NCBI RefSeq assembly: GCF_006345805.1
Contig: NC_043001.1
Span: forward strand, 123,380,001-123,444,000
Reading direction: 5' to 3'
DNA length: 64,000 nucleotides
Source: Octopus sinensis
Lineage: Eukaryota
How positions within the stretch are numbered: the first letter of the stretch is position 1; every line of letters begins with the position of its first letter. This document shows, piece after piece, positions 25,517 to 39,671 of the stretch. A model generated the notes under the pieces. It ran no database searches. It was not told the origin of the DNA and saw nothing but the letters and a program-made list of their open reading frames with translations. The position numbers and the translations under genes are program-made.

Positions 25517-25888
25517 GGCACTCCGATGGCTACGATGATGAGGGTTCCAGTTGATCCGATCAATGGAACAGCCTGCTCGTGAAATTAACGTGCAAGTAGC
25601 TGAGCACGGCGCAGATACGTGTACCCTAAACGTAGTTCTCGGGAAGATTCAGTACAACAGAGGTTGTGATAAGGGTGGCCCTTTGAAATATAGGCACAAG
25701 AGAAACAGGAAGAAAGGATGGGAGAAAGCTGTGGTGAAAAAGTACGGTAGGGTTTGCAACCACCCCTTGCTGGAGCCTCGTGGAGCTTTAGGTGTTTTCA
25801 CTCAATAAACACTCACAACGCCCTGTCTGGGAATTGAAACTGCGATCCTACGACCGCAAGTTCGCTGCCCTAACCACTGCGCCTCCAC
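25517..25888 (-). mobile_element. SINE group B (OR-like body) + tail T1
   Basis: Reverse-complement homolog of 6854-7214 across body and tail. Confidence 0.9.
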
Positions 25889-26729
25889 ATATACATGTAC
25901 ACCTATATAGTTACTCACCCACATGTATATGCATACACGAAAATATACAAATAAATACACAGTCACTCATACATACACTACACACATACATACGTACACA
26001 CACACACACACGTACACACACGCACACAGGAAGATATATAACAATAAACTTATATTCATCAAAAGTATAGAGTAATCCCTCAGATTAATGTAAAATTGTT
26101 TTTATTATAACTAAACTCAAAAACAAATATTAACACATACACGCATACAGCCACATACAGGCAGACTATATAAGTAAAATACACAATTGTTATCCTTTTG
26201 TAAGAAATATAATGTTTGAATGTTGAAATTTTCCGCATAATACGTAATGAGAAGAAACCAGACGATAAGGAAAAATGGAGCCTAAATCGATTTTGTTTTG
26301 TGCAAAGAAAAATACAAATACGTTTTTCTCTATACATTAATTTCCTACATTTCTTAATTTCACTGAACAACAATGCTGTCACAAATAAATAAAAAAAATA
26401 TCGAATTGATTAGAATATTTTTTAGTTCTTTCCCTTTGGGTGACAGGGATTCTTAGAGAAAAGAACCCCAGAAAACTAATCAGTCTATAAGGAAAAATTC
26501 AACAAAAGGAAAAGATTCCAGATGAATGCGAAACATGGATGTTTTGCTATAATTTATATAGAAGGAACCAGAAAAGGTAAGAAAAAAAGAACTAAACAAA
26601 AACTAAAGCAAAAAACAAAAAGGTAAGAAAAATAAATGTAATCTGATAAATGCTCTTGAATATATTCTGTTCCAGCATTCGTTTCTATTGAACGTATTTG
26701 TTTCTGGCAAAAAAGGTTCTGGATTGAAT

Positions 26730-26960
26730 ACATCGTAGTCATCCTCGCTGTGGTCGTTGACGTCATCCTCGTTGTCGTCATCGTTATCGTCGTCATTGTT
26801 GTCGTCTGTTGTCGTCATCATCACCACCATCACCACCATCATCACCACCATCACCACCATCACCACCACAGCTACCACTAACACCATCGTCACCATCACA
26901 AACCCCATCATAGTCATAGTCCCCGTGGTCGTGGTCGGCATCATCACAATCATCGTCGTT
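26730..26960. repeat. Decayed (GTC/ATC/CAC)n trinucleotide low-complexity tract
   Basis: Direct reading. Confidence 0.85.
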
Positions 26961-27884
26961 CACTTCTTTCCACCAAGATGGTGGACACGCTACAAATCCA
27001 TTCGCATTCTGTTCCATCATCTATATTCTAATTACATTGCTAGTCACGGTATGTACCATCTATGGAAGAGCGTTTACGGTTTCGTCTCGTAAGAAGTCAG
27101 TTTCTAGATTATATTACGGAACGTTCTGAAGTTTTCAAGATAGCACAAGTGGTGTATTTCTTAAAGGGAGGTAACTTGGAACCCGTGGATCGGACTTTCT
27201 TGTCACCAGGATTTTATCCGCGATACTAAATCGAGTATGCAACCCTTTGTCGACGAAACACCAAAGCCTTGTTCTTTATGGCACACATGAAGAAGTTGTG
27301 ATGTTCGTACCATTCTAAGCAACATTCAACCATTTGCCTACTCGGGGCATTTTTATAAGTTTATCGTCCATGCCTGTTGTCAAATTTTTAATTATCCCTC
27401 CTTTCATACGTTTTGTGTCATAAAGCTTTCCTTTCTTAAGTCCCAAGTTTCTCTGGTGGCTGAAAATATTTTTGAATGTGTATCATATATGATGCACGGA
27501 TATCAAGGAAATATGTCATGTGTACCACACGTGATACACAGGACAGGCAAAGGGTTAACAACATAACTGAATTAAATGGCCTTGAATTATCAATTGAAGC
27601 GTATCGATTTTTGCATTGATTCACTATATTGATTTGCTTGGTACTTTCAGCCATTCGGCAGAAAAATGTTCTTTTTAAAACGTTTGAATGGTTGAATGAT
27701 GGAAACTGTGGAGTGCTGAAAAATGCCATGTATTTAAACACTTCTCTTTATGATGCGAGTTCAAATTTCGCCGAGGTCAACTTTCTGAGGTTGATAAAAT
27801 GATATCAGTTTTTCTGGATAGATCTTTCCAAAAATGTATAATTTAATGATGGAACTCATAAAGGTATACAAGAACGATGGAATA

Positions 27885-28320
27885 GCATGGCTGAGTTAAT
27901 AAAGTGCTGCATAAAATACTTTGGAATATTTGTTTCGGCTCATTATATCTCTAAGTTCAGATCTCACTCAGGTCAACTTTGCTTTTCATTCTCGGTTAAT
28001 GGATAAAAGAAAATACCAATCAAATACTGGGGACATTGTAATCCACTGCTCTCCGTCCCAAAGTATTTCTGGAGTTGTGCCTGTTAGAAATTATCATTTA
28101 GGTAGACTATAGCGGTAGATTGCTGGACTCATTAGAATATTGAACCGAATGCACAGAGCCAAAACAGATACTCTCGTATAGCATTTGTTTCGGGCCTTTG
28201 ACTGTTTTAGTTTAAATCTCGTTGATTTCAGGGCAATAAAATAAATATTCAAGTACTGATGTCCGTATAATCGACTATAGCTCTTCCCTAAATTTGAGGC
28301 CTTCTGTGTATCTTGGAAGC
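27885..28320 (+). mobile_element. Two adjacent strongly diverged group C SINE remnants
   Basis: aggtcaactttgcttttcattc..ataaaagaaaatacc..actggggacattgtaatccact; second aataaaataaatattcaagtactgatgtccgtataatcgact. Confidence 0.55.
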
Positions 28321-31079
28321 TATTATTAGATTATACACCTAATGCTAGGCCAGTTCTGACTGAATTATTCTATAACCAGATGCATTTCAAGGACTGACTA
28401 TCCGACCTTTTAAATCACATCTCATTGTAAGAGAAATTTCCCTGCTGTTTCTAACAGGAGGAGCTGCCACATACAAACTCCTTTATTGCATTGAGGTATA
28501 CTTCTACTTCTATACTGTTAGGAGGTACAGTATCTCGTAGTATGAAAATCTTTCCAATTATATTACGTCGATGTTTATGCATGTTGAATTAATATATAAC
28601 AGTTTCATTCATTGTAATGAAATGATTTTGAATCCAACTCCTTTTCGTTCGATACATTTCAGTAGCCTACTCGCTAAACTGTAAAACCTTCAATTTCTAC
28701 GTGAATTCACCTGTTGTTTGTTATTTTTGTTTACATTATTTCTATATCTCTGCACGGAACTGTAAATTTTTTATTTCTTTACAATGATTGCGAGATATTT
28801 CAAAAAGCTCTTTTTTCTTTTAACTTTCGGGCAAAATAGAATCCTATTCAATTTTATTGTAAAGAAACAAAAAACCCATCACTTTGTTTTGTATTACAAA
28901 TGATTGCTAACTAAATTTCAATATCAAGATATTGCATTGGAGACAATGAAGGTTGCAAATTTATCAAATGCAAACGCTCTCCCTTCGTGGACTTTAATTC
29001 AAAAACACCCATATTAATTAAACATGAAGGATCATTAATTTTGTTGGTCATCTTGTTTAATAATCTTCTTGTTTGATATTTCTTCTTCCTGTTTAATATT
29101 CATTTTCGGGTCCATTAATTCATTACACTTTCTGAAAAGTTTTTTTTTTTCCTCTAAAATTTTGTTATCACCAAAATTAATATCAAAATTGACTAAATTT
29201 TGTTTTGATACCTTTTAAAATTTTATATTAAATAATTACATTATTTGATTAAAGATTAAAATAACTAGTCAAGACAAAGAAAGTTCGGGAGACAGTGATG
29301 GTTTGCAGAGATGTGTATGCATATGTGTGAGTTATGAGTGCCTGCATGTGTATGTGTGTGTAGACGTATGGGTATGTGTGTATGTGTGCGTGTATGTATG
29401 TGTGTGTTTGTATGGGTGTGGAAGTGTTAGATTGTTGACTGAAGTATTAGCGTTTCTACGATACTGCTATACTACGTCTATGTGGAAGAGTGGTTCTCAA
29501 ACAGTGAACAATAAGGAGTATCAAAGTGTCCTGCAAATTTTTAAAAATATAATCTAAAACTTTAGAAATTCCATGGTAACGGTTGACAATCTTGAACAAG
29601 TAGTTATTCATAATTTTGTTATACAAAAATCTGATGATTAATAAAGCAAGATGAACAATAGTTTTCTGCAGTTGCTTTTAATGTTAGCTTTATAACATAG
29701 TTTTCTTTAAAATTTCGATCTGAAATGCATCAGTAACTTTTTTGCTTCACTTCTTGTTTACCAGGAAGTGAAACATACTGAGATACACCGATGTAGAACT
29801 AAGAGCTTAACTCAATATAGTTTTGCATTAAGTGTTCTCGATTTTATTTTCGAATTTACCTCATTTCAAATTCTAGGTTCAATTTATCAAAAACATATAG
29901 CAGAAATGAAATTTGAACACTTGAATTTTATTTCATTCTTTTTCAAAATAGGAAATTTATGTCTCCTTTTTGCTAAGTTTGTACTGAAAATTAATATGAG
30001 TGGAACGGACAAGCATAATGATTTTTTCCAGGGTTTGCAAGACTCGCGAGAAGAGAGGAATTTGTCTCCAAAATAGAGACTAAACTGTGATGCTTGTACC
30101 ATAAAGCATTTCTCTAAGTGACATTTAAGGATCAACCGCAGTTTAAAACTGGGAGACAGATCTAGTCTAGCATCCAAGGAGACAAAATTCAACGAGGCAG
30201 ACAGGTACTGGAAATACCTCGTCCGACGCTGTAGCAGTTCTACGTTCTGGATTGGAACTTTATTTTATCAACTCCGAAAGAATGAATAACAAATTTGCTG
30301 TGGGATCAAATTTTGCCGACGTTTGGTCTCACAGCGCAAAGAACCAGAACAAACACCACAATCTTTCGTTGAGCCGTCATACAAATGCCACAATTTTTTT
30401 CCTGAGCCGCCATGTTTCTGCCGATTCGTCGCCCATAAAACTGTTATTCATCTGTTCGCTTGTAATACAGACTCTGACTGTTGTTATATGTTTCGCCAAT
30501 GATAGATACATTCCCACTCTTTCAGCCATTTGTGTCACTACTACTTGCGTCTGTGTTTCATCCACTAGCTTCATGTAATCCAAGGGGAGGTGCATAATCA
30601 ATGCTGCAGAATAATCAGATTTAAATATTTTAAAATCAAGTACGATAGGATTACGTACTTGTCAAAATTTTTTCCATTGCTCACTTTATTTCTATTTTAG
30701 TATACTGTTGGCAACATATCCGATATGACGTTGTGCTGGAAAAAGATATTGCTGCACTTGGTTTGAACAATGTTTGTTATTTTGCCAAATAAACGCACGC
30801 ACTGCTGGCTGTGTATTGTTTTAGTAAGTTATTGTTATCATCTGCTGCAGTATAGATAAGCGATCGATCTCTGTGGTTTGAGGAAAGATGGTAATGGCTC
30901 AAATAAAACAAGCGAATGTATATCTAACAGTGCATGTCCTTCAATATCCACAAGTGAGTATGACCTGATTCAGTGTACCTCGCTTTTGCTTATCGTTTCA
31001 AGTGCCTATGTATTTTGAGAACAGACATAGATATCCTCTCCGCTCACCCAACTTTGATCAAGTGGATCATTGATGATGT

Positions 31080-31215
31080 GACATCTGGAGGTAGGGTGAG
31101 TTCCACCAACACTAGGGTGTTAGTAAATTACAGTTGTGTAGAGTGGAGTAATGTGAAAGGAAGTGCCTTCCTCAAGGACACAACGCTCCTCTCGGTCCCG
31201 AAAGTACACTTAGTA
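31080..31215 (-). mobile_element. CORE-like SINE remnant
   Basis: Minus strand reads gttgtgtccttgaggaaggcacttcc. Confidence 0.5.
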
Positions 31216-31811
31216 CCTTATTTATGATATTGAACATAGTCCCCTAACCACGAAGCCACGCAAGCACGACTGAATAGTATTTTCATTCCAATTGTCTTTG
31301 TAAGTATAGTCAGTTTTAGAATAAATGTTACTCCAGTGTATTTCCTCTTGGCGGCAAGCAACCAAAGGTGCCCTTAAGCGGTCAGTAACTGTGTTATAAA
31401 TAATATCCAAATATAACTCCAATCTCATATTTACTGTCTAAAGTAATGAGAATTATATTCGACAATACAGAGACTGACATGGAAAAAGGGGAACTTTCGC
31501 AATTAAAACACCATTGATTACAGGTCAACCCATTTAGGATTGTCGTGGGTCTAGAAACTAAGAAAAGCTTCTTTACTTACAAATAGTCATGTATTAAAGG
31601 AAGTGATTTAATGGAAGGAGATGAACTGTTATTCATTAGAAATCTATTTCTAGTTCACATATATCAATGCAGATTCACCTAAAAATTTGCTTTTGCAAAA
31701 TGGCGACAACTTCCATGTAGATCTATTTATAAATCTTATTGCATTATCATTTTGTCAAGAGAAACATGTATATTTGATGATTATATTTTTTTGTAATCGT
31801 ATTAGTAAAAT

Positions 31812-31995
31812 GGGGGTAAAATTGGCAGAATCGTTAGAGCGTCGTGAAAAATGTTATGGTGGTATTTGTTCCAGGTCTTTACGTCTTGAGTTCAAATCTC
31901 GCTATGCTCAGCGTTACCTTTCGGCTCTCCGATGGAGTTCCAGCTAAATTTTGACTCAGCATTCCTAGCTTTGTGCCTAAATCGAAAACAATTAT
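31812..31995 (+). mobile_element. SINE group C, diverged
   Basis: aattggcagaatcgttagagcg..ttgagttcaaatctc. Confidence 0.7.
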
Positions 31996-31999
31996 TTTA

Positions 32000-32427
32000 C
32001 TTGTTCCCTTTATTTGACTGCAGCCATGCTGGGGTACTGCTTCAAAAGGCTTTTGTCGAAGAAATCGATCTCAGGACTTAATTTTTGTAAGCCTCGTACC
32101 TATCGGTCACTTTGCTGAGCCGTTAATTTACGGGGACATAAACATACTAGCATCATTTGTCAAGAGATAGTGTGGGGAGAAACATGCACTCACACACACA
32201 AGCACATAAATAGATAAATAAATACATACAAATATTACTCTCTCTCACACACACACACGCATATAAAAACGACGGGCTTTTTCCAGTTTCCGTCAATTAA
32301 ATCTACTCACAAAGCTTTGTTCAGTCAAAAGCTATAATAGAAGATACGCGCCCAAGGTGCCACGTTGTGGGACTGAAACTAGAACCATGTGGTTGGGAAG
32401 CAAGCTTCTTACTACATAGCCACGCAT
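32000..32427 (-). mobile_element. SINE group A, diverged full length
   Basis: ttgactgcagccatgctgg..acgacgggcttt..ccaaggtgccacg..gaaccatgtggttgggaagcaagcttctta. Confidence 0.9.
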
Positions 32428-32729
32428 ACATATATACATGCATGCATGCATGCATGCATACACATATAGGTGAAAACAGGCTCACTCTTAATTAATTAGA
32501 TCAGAAACTGTGTGAAAGATTTATTGTGTGGTTGTTGGGCATAGTAATACATAAAGTATTACATACAGCTATAAAGGATTGTAAGAAAGTCAATTCATAC
32601 ACCAACATATTGCCGTTGTATAACCTCAAATTAGAAGCTGTTGAATAAACCATAAAAACACTCCATCCTTGAAATTCTATTTTGTGCGGATAGGACAACA
32701 TGGTATAATGCACCCAATAAATATCTAAA

Positions 32730-33048
32730 GATCCAAGTTGAGGTCCAAGGACACCTTAAAGGACAACTTTAAAGGGCAAACCCGAGACCGCAGCTACAGA
32801 CAGGGCCACTTGGAAGTCAATCGCCTATACTACGGTAGCTGTCTTTGAAGAGGATAGATGGCAACTCCTCGCTGCTGCAAGAGACAGAAGTTACCGGGCC
32901 GCACCATCCTCAGTCTCGGCCACAGACTACCAGTGTGTAACGTGCTAGCGACTGTGTGCTTCCGGCTTTGGGCTGCGGAGACACATTCGTTCCCACCGCT
33001 GACTGCTGAGGCCACAGACTACGTCTTCATCGGAGATCGATGAACTAC
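32730..33048 (+). mobile_element. RTE-clade LINE 3' end (5'-truncated, pseudogenised ORF2 C-terminus with C2H2 finger)
   Basis: KLRSKDTLKDNFK / TAATDRATWKSI..VFEEDR..TDYQCVTC*RLCASGFGLRRHIRSHR* (stop 33000-33002); flanks caataaatatctaaa (32715) and caattaatatgtaaa (33049) match 13/15, like a TSD. Confidence 0.9.
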
Positions 33049-33325
33049 CAATTAATATGTAAAATGTTAGTGTGCAATTTCAGCGACATATTGTTGTTAC
33101 TTTCTGCCAGTTACCAGACAAAATGGAGGATCCTCCGACAGCTCCCCGACCAATATCATAGTATATATGCGAGTGGTTGGCGGTGGAGAAGGTTATAGAA
33201 CGGGAGTAGTGGAAATGGAATAATGGGGGAAAGAAATATATGGTATTACAAGAAACTACCTCAATGGATCAGACACCAAATGGCATCAAGTTTCACATAC
33301 ATACATACATACATACATACATACA

Positions 33326-33357
<32 letters not shown>

Positions 33358-33416
33358 CATACATATTTATCTATATCCCTAACATCCTGTCTCTCCACCT
33401 CTCACTCTCTATAAAT

Positions 33417-33494
<78 letters not shown>

Positions 33495-34468
33495 TTAAAC
33501 ACACACACATATTTAGGTATATAAATATTTAAAAGCGTATATAAAATGTACAGATTATACAGAGGCGCACATATATAAGCGCATATAAGAAAATATATAA
33601 TATACAAATATATATATATATATATGTGTGTACACACACATTTATATGTATATAATATACAGGAATATATATCGATATGTAAGCATTTACAATTATGTAT
33701 ATATATCCACACGCTCGCACACAAGCACGCGCGCGCGCTACTTACATATACATGAAATTATAGGCGTACAAAATTCTTACGTACATAAATAGGTTAGTAC
33801 ATACATAAACATACATTTATATACAAACCCATATATATATTTATATATAAATGTATATATTTATATATAAATGTATATATTTGTATATGCATGAGTTTAT
33901 TTATGTGTGTGTGTATATATGTATGTATATATATATATGTATATATGTATGCATGCATGTATGTATGTATGCATGTATGTATGTATGTGTGTGTGTATGT
34001 GCATGTGTGTGCATTCATACTTTTAATTTTTTTTATATATTTGTATCACAACAACGAAGGTATCATTCTGTTTTTAGGAAAACTTTTGGTGCATTAATAT
34101 GATAAAAAAACTATGTGTACATTACCCCACATACGGAGAAAGGGTTTTTTTTTCTTCTCAATCTCAATGTCAACTTACCTGTCAATCAGAAAAAAAAAGA
34201 AACATTTTACTTAACCATGAAAAGATATAATCCATTATGTACACAAACACATACACACACAAACAGACACATAATAATAAGTGTACATAAACATTCATAC
34301 GCATCCGTACACACATGCCTCAAACATACACACACGTATATAAACACATATATGTATACATGACATATCACATAAAACATTTTTTTATCAGAAATAACGA
34401 ATACGTTTGAATGCAATGACAAATTGGAATGACGAACAGAAAACGCCATATGCAATGCATATAACTGA

Positions 34469-34471
34469 GTG

Positions 34472-34523
<52 letters not shown>
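34469..34523. repeat. (ACT)n microsatellite
   Basis: Direct reading. Confidence 0.95.
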
Positions 34524-34524
<1 letters not shown>

Positions 34525-35034
34525 GTCATTGATATTTCTGCTGCAGCTACTGTCGTTTCTCGTTGAGTGATGAACAAGATGTATTTCATATGAATATATA
34601 TTATTGTAAAAGGCAACATAACATTAGTTTTGTAGTAAATATTGTCATCGCAGTTTCATCATCGTCATCATCAACATCATCATCATCAGCAGCATCATCG
34701 TCGTCGTCATCGTCGTCATCGTTGTCATCATCATCATCATCATCACCAAAACAAGCACACAAAATATTGGAAGTTAAATAAAAAAAAGCAAAAAAAACAA
34801 ACAAGCTCCCAATAATGGAAATCGAAAGTTCTGAGGTTTATACTTTCATCAAGAACAATGAAAACTTTCTTAGTGGTAGTTCCACCCCCCCCCCCACAAA
34901 AAAACTATTACCGCTTTGCAACCACGTGGCCTCGTATTCAATCTTACTGCGAGGTACCTAGGATTACTATCTCCTACAGTCCCGCACGAATCAATGCCTT
35001 GTGAGATAATTTGGGTGCCTGAAGGTTTGTTTAG

Positions 35035-35064
<30 letters not shown>

Positions 35065-35070
<6 letters not shown>

Positions 35071-35222
35071 CAGGGACATATTCTTTATGTTGTATGTCTC
35101 GTTTTTCTGTGTTTTTTTTGTTGTTGTTTGAAACAAAAGTTCGTTTCTATATTTTTGTTTTTATGTTTTCGTTTCTCATTATGTTCAACGTTTTTTTGCT
35201 GTCCTGTACCCATATATGCATG
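35065..35222 (+). repeat. Family E, copy 2
   Basis: atattctttatgttgtatgtctcgttttt..gctgtcctgtacccatatatgc. Confidence 0.6.
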
Positions 35223-35310
35223 TATACATACATATATATGTAGGTATGCATATATATATATGTATGTATATATGCATCTATCTATATACTATTCATATTA
35301 TATTATATTA

Positions 35311-35600
35311 TATCACCGTGTTCACCGTGACTGACCAGGCTGGTCACAATGCGCTTCGCATTGTTTTAGCCTTCAAATAACGCCACCCCGCTGGCTGAGC
35401 GAGCAGGCCAACAGAAGAAAGAGTGAGAGAAAGTTGCGGCGAAAGTTGCAGCAGGAATCGCCACCACCCACTGCCGGAGCCTCGTGGAGCTTTAGGTGTT
35501 TTCGCTCAATAAACACTGACAACGCCCGGTCTGGGAATCGAAACCGCGATCCTATAACCGCGAGTCCGCTGCCCTAGCCACTGGGCCATTGCGTCTCCAC
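35311..35600 (-). mobile_element. SINE group B (OR-like body) + tail T3
   Basis: Minus strand gtggagacgcaatggcccagtggctagggcagcggactcgcgg..gtttcgattcccagaccgggcgttg; tail unrelated to T1 and T2. Confidence 0.9.
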
Positions 35601-35897
35601 ATATGAAAGAAAAGACCACTGAAAACATTTAGTATGAGTTATATCCATTATTTAAAGTAATACTACGTGGCCCACCTCGACGCATAGCATCCTATCTTCC
35701 GGCAGCTATCTTTGCCTTCCTGTATCTCTTAATTCGGCATTCAGAACGCCTAAAGCAGTCGGGCTCGCGTTAGCGGCCTGCGAAAGTCGAAGTGGCACGC
35801 AACCGAATTAAACTGTTTTAAATAATACACACACACACACACACACAAATACACATATATTTATATAGATATATATAGATATATATATGTAAATACC

Positions 35898-35973
<76 letters not shown>

Positions 35974-36562
35974 CCTGCACCTACATATGTGCTCGTCTTT
36001 CTTTTTTGCCTTAAATCTCAAGATACAGCCGTAGATAGAATATAATCTAAACACACACACACACACACACAGATCAAATGATTTGAAAAATTTGGAAAAT
36101 GAATGTATTTGGAAAATTGTATGGAAACCCGTCGGATGAGCGGTGCGCGTAATTCAAAGAGACAGCCTTGTCTTTCACGTACATAGCATCACGCTCTGTT
36201 TGTGGAATATCTTAATAGTACATCTGTCTTTGGCATATGCATTGACTTATACTATAAAATAATTGTTATGTAGTTCCCTTGATCGAACAACTGGAACGAA
36301 TATACGTCGAGACCAATGCCAAATCCATCAAGAATATTCGCGTGCGTGTGATTGTGTGTGCATGTGTACGTGCGTTTGTGTGTATGTGTGTGTGTATGTG
36401 TGTGTGTGTGTGTGCGTGCGTTTGGGAGAGAAGAGTATATAAAAACACAAACACACAAAGAGGTTTATTTTATTTTTGATTTCCTGCTGGAATATGTCAT
36501 TACGAAGACATTGCGAGAGACGGAAAGGCAGGTGAGGACAAAATATTGGAGAGGGGAGAGAG

Positions 36563-36634
<72 letters not shown>

Positions 36635-36714
36635 AGGAATGTGTATGTGAGAGAGAGTGTGAGTGTGTGTGTGAGAAAGAGAGAGAGAGAGGGAGTGTGT
36701 ATGTGTGTGAGAAA

Positions 36715-37168
<454 letters not shown>

Positions 37169-38131
37169 GAATGTCAAACAGTCACCAACAAACATATAAT
37201 ATAATCAACTGAAAAGAAAATAGTGATTGAAATGGAAGATACCAATAATAATGAATAAAATTATAAGGAATCAATTACGAAATGAAATGAAAATGAAATG
37301 AAGCAAACATTTAATTGAAATGGAAATTAGATGAACTTTTTAATCGATGTTTGTTCATTAGTGTAATATGGTTATTTCTGTTTTTGCAATATAGTTACAA
37401 GATGTAAAGGCAATGAAATGGCGAGAAAAATGTTTACTATCGTTGTTTTAACTTCTAGATTAAAAGCCTTTGAATTTACGATTCGTCATTTGGAAACGGC
37501 CTGAAGGAAGTACCAGCAGTATACTGATTTTAATTCAAACCATTATCTCCTTCAAAATTTAGTGTTTAACCTTATGGAAAATAAGGCGGGAAGAATGAAA
37601 TAAGACTCTTAGAGAATGTGGTTTAACTTCTATTATTGGAACGAGACAAGAAAATACTATTTTTGGTGGTCAAGTTCTTCGGAATACAGATCTTAGCGCA
37701 GTCAAAGGATGCCATACTGAAAATCTTAATGTAAAAAATGACATGTAAAGAATTATTTTGTTTTTCAAGGTTGTATAATTCTGCAATATTTATTGCATTT
37801 TCACATCAAAACAGGATCTAAAAAAGTCTTGAAGTTCTGTATGGTTGTCAATGATATCAACTCTCTTTTCAAACATATGTGAACAGCGTAAAATCAAATA
37901 TTGGTAATAGATAAGTAATCGAAGTAAATAGGTAGAGTGAATGATTCTCTCATTCTTTAAATCTCATGTCCAAAACATTTCTATAAGCTTGTTCTAAAAC
38001 CTACATGCTTGTTTTCAGTGTTCGTTTCATATGTTCTGAGAAATATAAAGTTTTCCTTCCACAAATCTCAAATTAGTCTGCCAGTTCACAAAATTGGGAA
38101 TGTGTATCGAATATGATGCATGTATTTTAAA

Positions 38132-38641
38132 CTAGCAGTATCGCCCGGCGTTGCTCGGGTTTGTAAGGGAAATAACTATATAAGCATTTTTAGAGAGTTA
38201 CTTCCCTTATAGATGCCAATTCGGGCTTTCTTAGCCATTTCTGTTTTGGTGTCTTCAAGCCATGAAGTCGTTCTAAAAGAACGCTGGTCTCCTTGACAAC
38301 GCTTTACGACGTTGATTTCCTTACACTCCCTTCCCCACAGCTTCACGAGGGAGGGAAGAAGGGGGAGAAGCAAACAGGTGCAGGTGTGACCATGGACGCC
38401 AACTCCGCCGCCATCGACACACGAAAAATTATGCATTAAAATGGAATAAAAAATAATGTTAAATTATTTTTAAAATCGTAGACTCATCGTAGACGCGCGC
38501 TAATACTCAGACGGGCTCGATATGAATGACGACTATAAGATACCCGAATTTGGTTAAACTGCACCGCAAAATGTGGGAGTAGTTAGGAATCTAAATCGTA
38601 GGAGCCAGACACTCACACAACTACAGTTTTATATATATAGA
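38132..38641 (-). mobile_element. Non-autonomous Helitron (510 bp) with intact termini
   Basis: Minus strand A|TCtatatatataaaa ... cccgagcaacgccggg hairpin (38144-38159), 8 nt spacer, CTAG|T; AT target site, no TSD. Confidence 0.85.
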
Positions 38642-38802
38642 TGTGTTACACAGGTTAGGGAAAGGTTAGGGTTGAATATATCAGAAAGTCAGTAATTTTT
38701 ACTAGTGTACATTATATCAACATCTTTAAAGGGACTGACATAAATCGAACTACTTGTCCGGTCGAAACGTTGAACTTTTCATAATTGTAAACAAAAGAAT
38801 GA

Positions 38803-38975
38803 AGGCGCAGGCATGGCTGTGTGGTTAAGAAGCTTGCTTGGCAGATATGTTGCTCAGATTCAATAGAGTTGTGAGGTATCTTAGGCAAGTGTCTCCTATT
38901 ATATACTGTAGCTTCAGGTCGACCAATGCATTGTGATTGAATATGGTGAACGTAAAGTACGTGGGAGCCCGTCAT
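38803..38975 (+). mobile_element. SINE group A, 5' half, diverged
   Basis: ggcgcaggcatggctgtgtggttaagaagcttgctt..ttaggcaagtgtctcct..gagcccgtcatatata. Confidence 0.75.
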
Positions 38976-39197
38976 ATATATATATATATATAATATATAT
39001 ATATAGATAGATAGATAGATGAGTGTATCTTTCCTTTGTTAACAATTAACACTGAAAAATAGATAAATAGTTACATTGATTTACACCATTTATTCCTTTG
39101 GAATAATATCAGTGAAATCTTCGAAACATGTGTCGGAAGTAAAAGTATTTGAATTATACCTGCGTTAAACTACATTCATATATATATATATATAACT

Positions 39198-39368
39198 TAA
39201 TACCTATTTCTTTACAACCCACAAGGGGCTAAACAGAGAGAAGACAAACAAGGACAGAGAAACGGATTAATTCAATTATATCGACCACAGTGCTTAACTG
39301 GTGTTTATTTAATCGACCCCAAAAGGATGAAAGGCAAAGTCAACCTCCGTGGCAGGTATAATTCAAAC
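39198..39368 (-). mobile_element. SINE group C, 3' two-thirds
   Basis: aatacctatttcttta..cccacaaggggctaaac..aatcgaccccaaaaggatgaaaggcaaagtcaacctc. Confidence 0.85.
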
Positions 39369-39451
39369 ACAGACACGCGAACCCACATACATTTATTGAC
39401 AAACGTACGCATCGACACGAACACAGATTCTGTCATGAATGTGTGTGTATA

Positions 39452-39519
<68 letters not shown>

Positions 39520-39622
39520 CACACACATATATGTACGCGTACACGCAGGCAAACCCGTACACACACGCACACACACATATTTATATATATATATATATGC
39601 ACATGTATAACTATATATATAC

Positions 39623-39671
<49 letters not shown>

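Noticed and set aside
26517-26545. cagatgaatgcgaaacatggatgtt hammerhead-like string
   Set aside because: Core U4 is changed, and there is no stem II and no stem I.
27062-27300. 55-aa ORF and FLVTRILSAILNRV, weakly like LINE RT
   Set aside because: Similarity is too short and no neighbouring RT motifs were found.
31222-31428. 68-aa minus ORF (EEIHWSNIYSKTDY...)
   Set aside because: Protein-like by eye but matches no family I can name; cannot be supported without a search.
38653-38672. Two TTAGGG units
   Set aside because: Too few for an interstitial telomeric array.
39110-39140. cttcgaaacatgtgtc, resembling a PLE hammerhead 3' half
   Set aside because: No upstream CUGANGA core or stem II.
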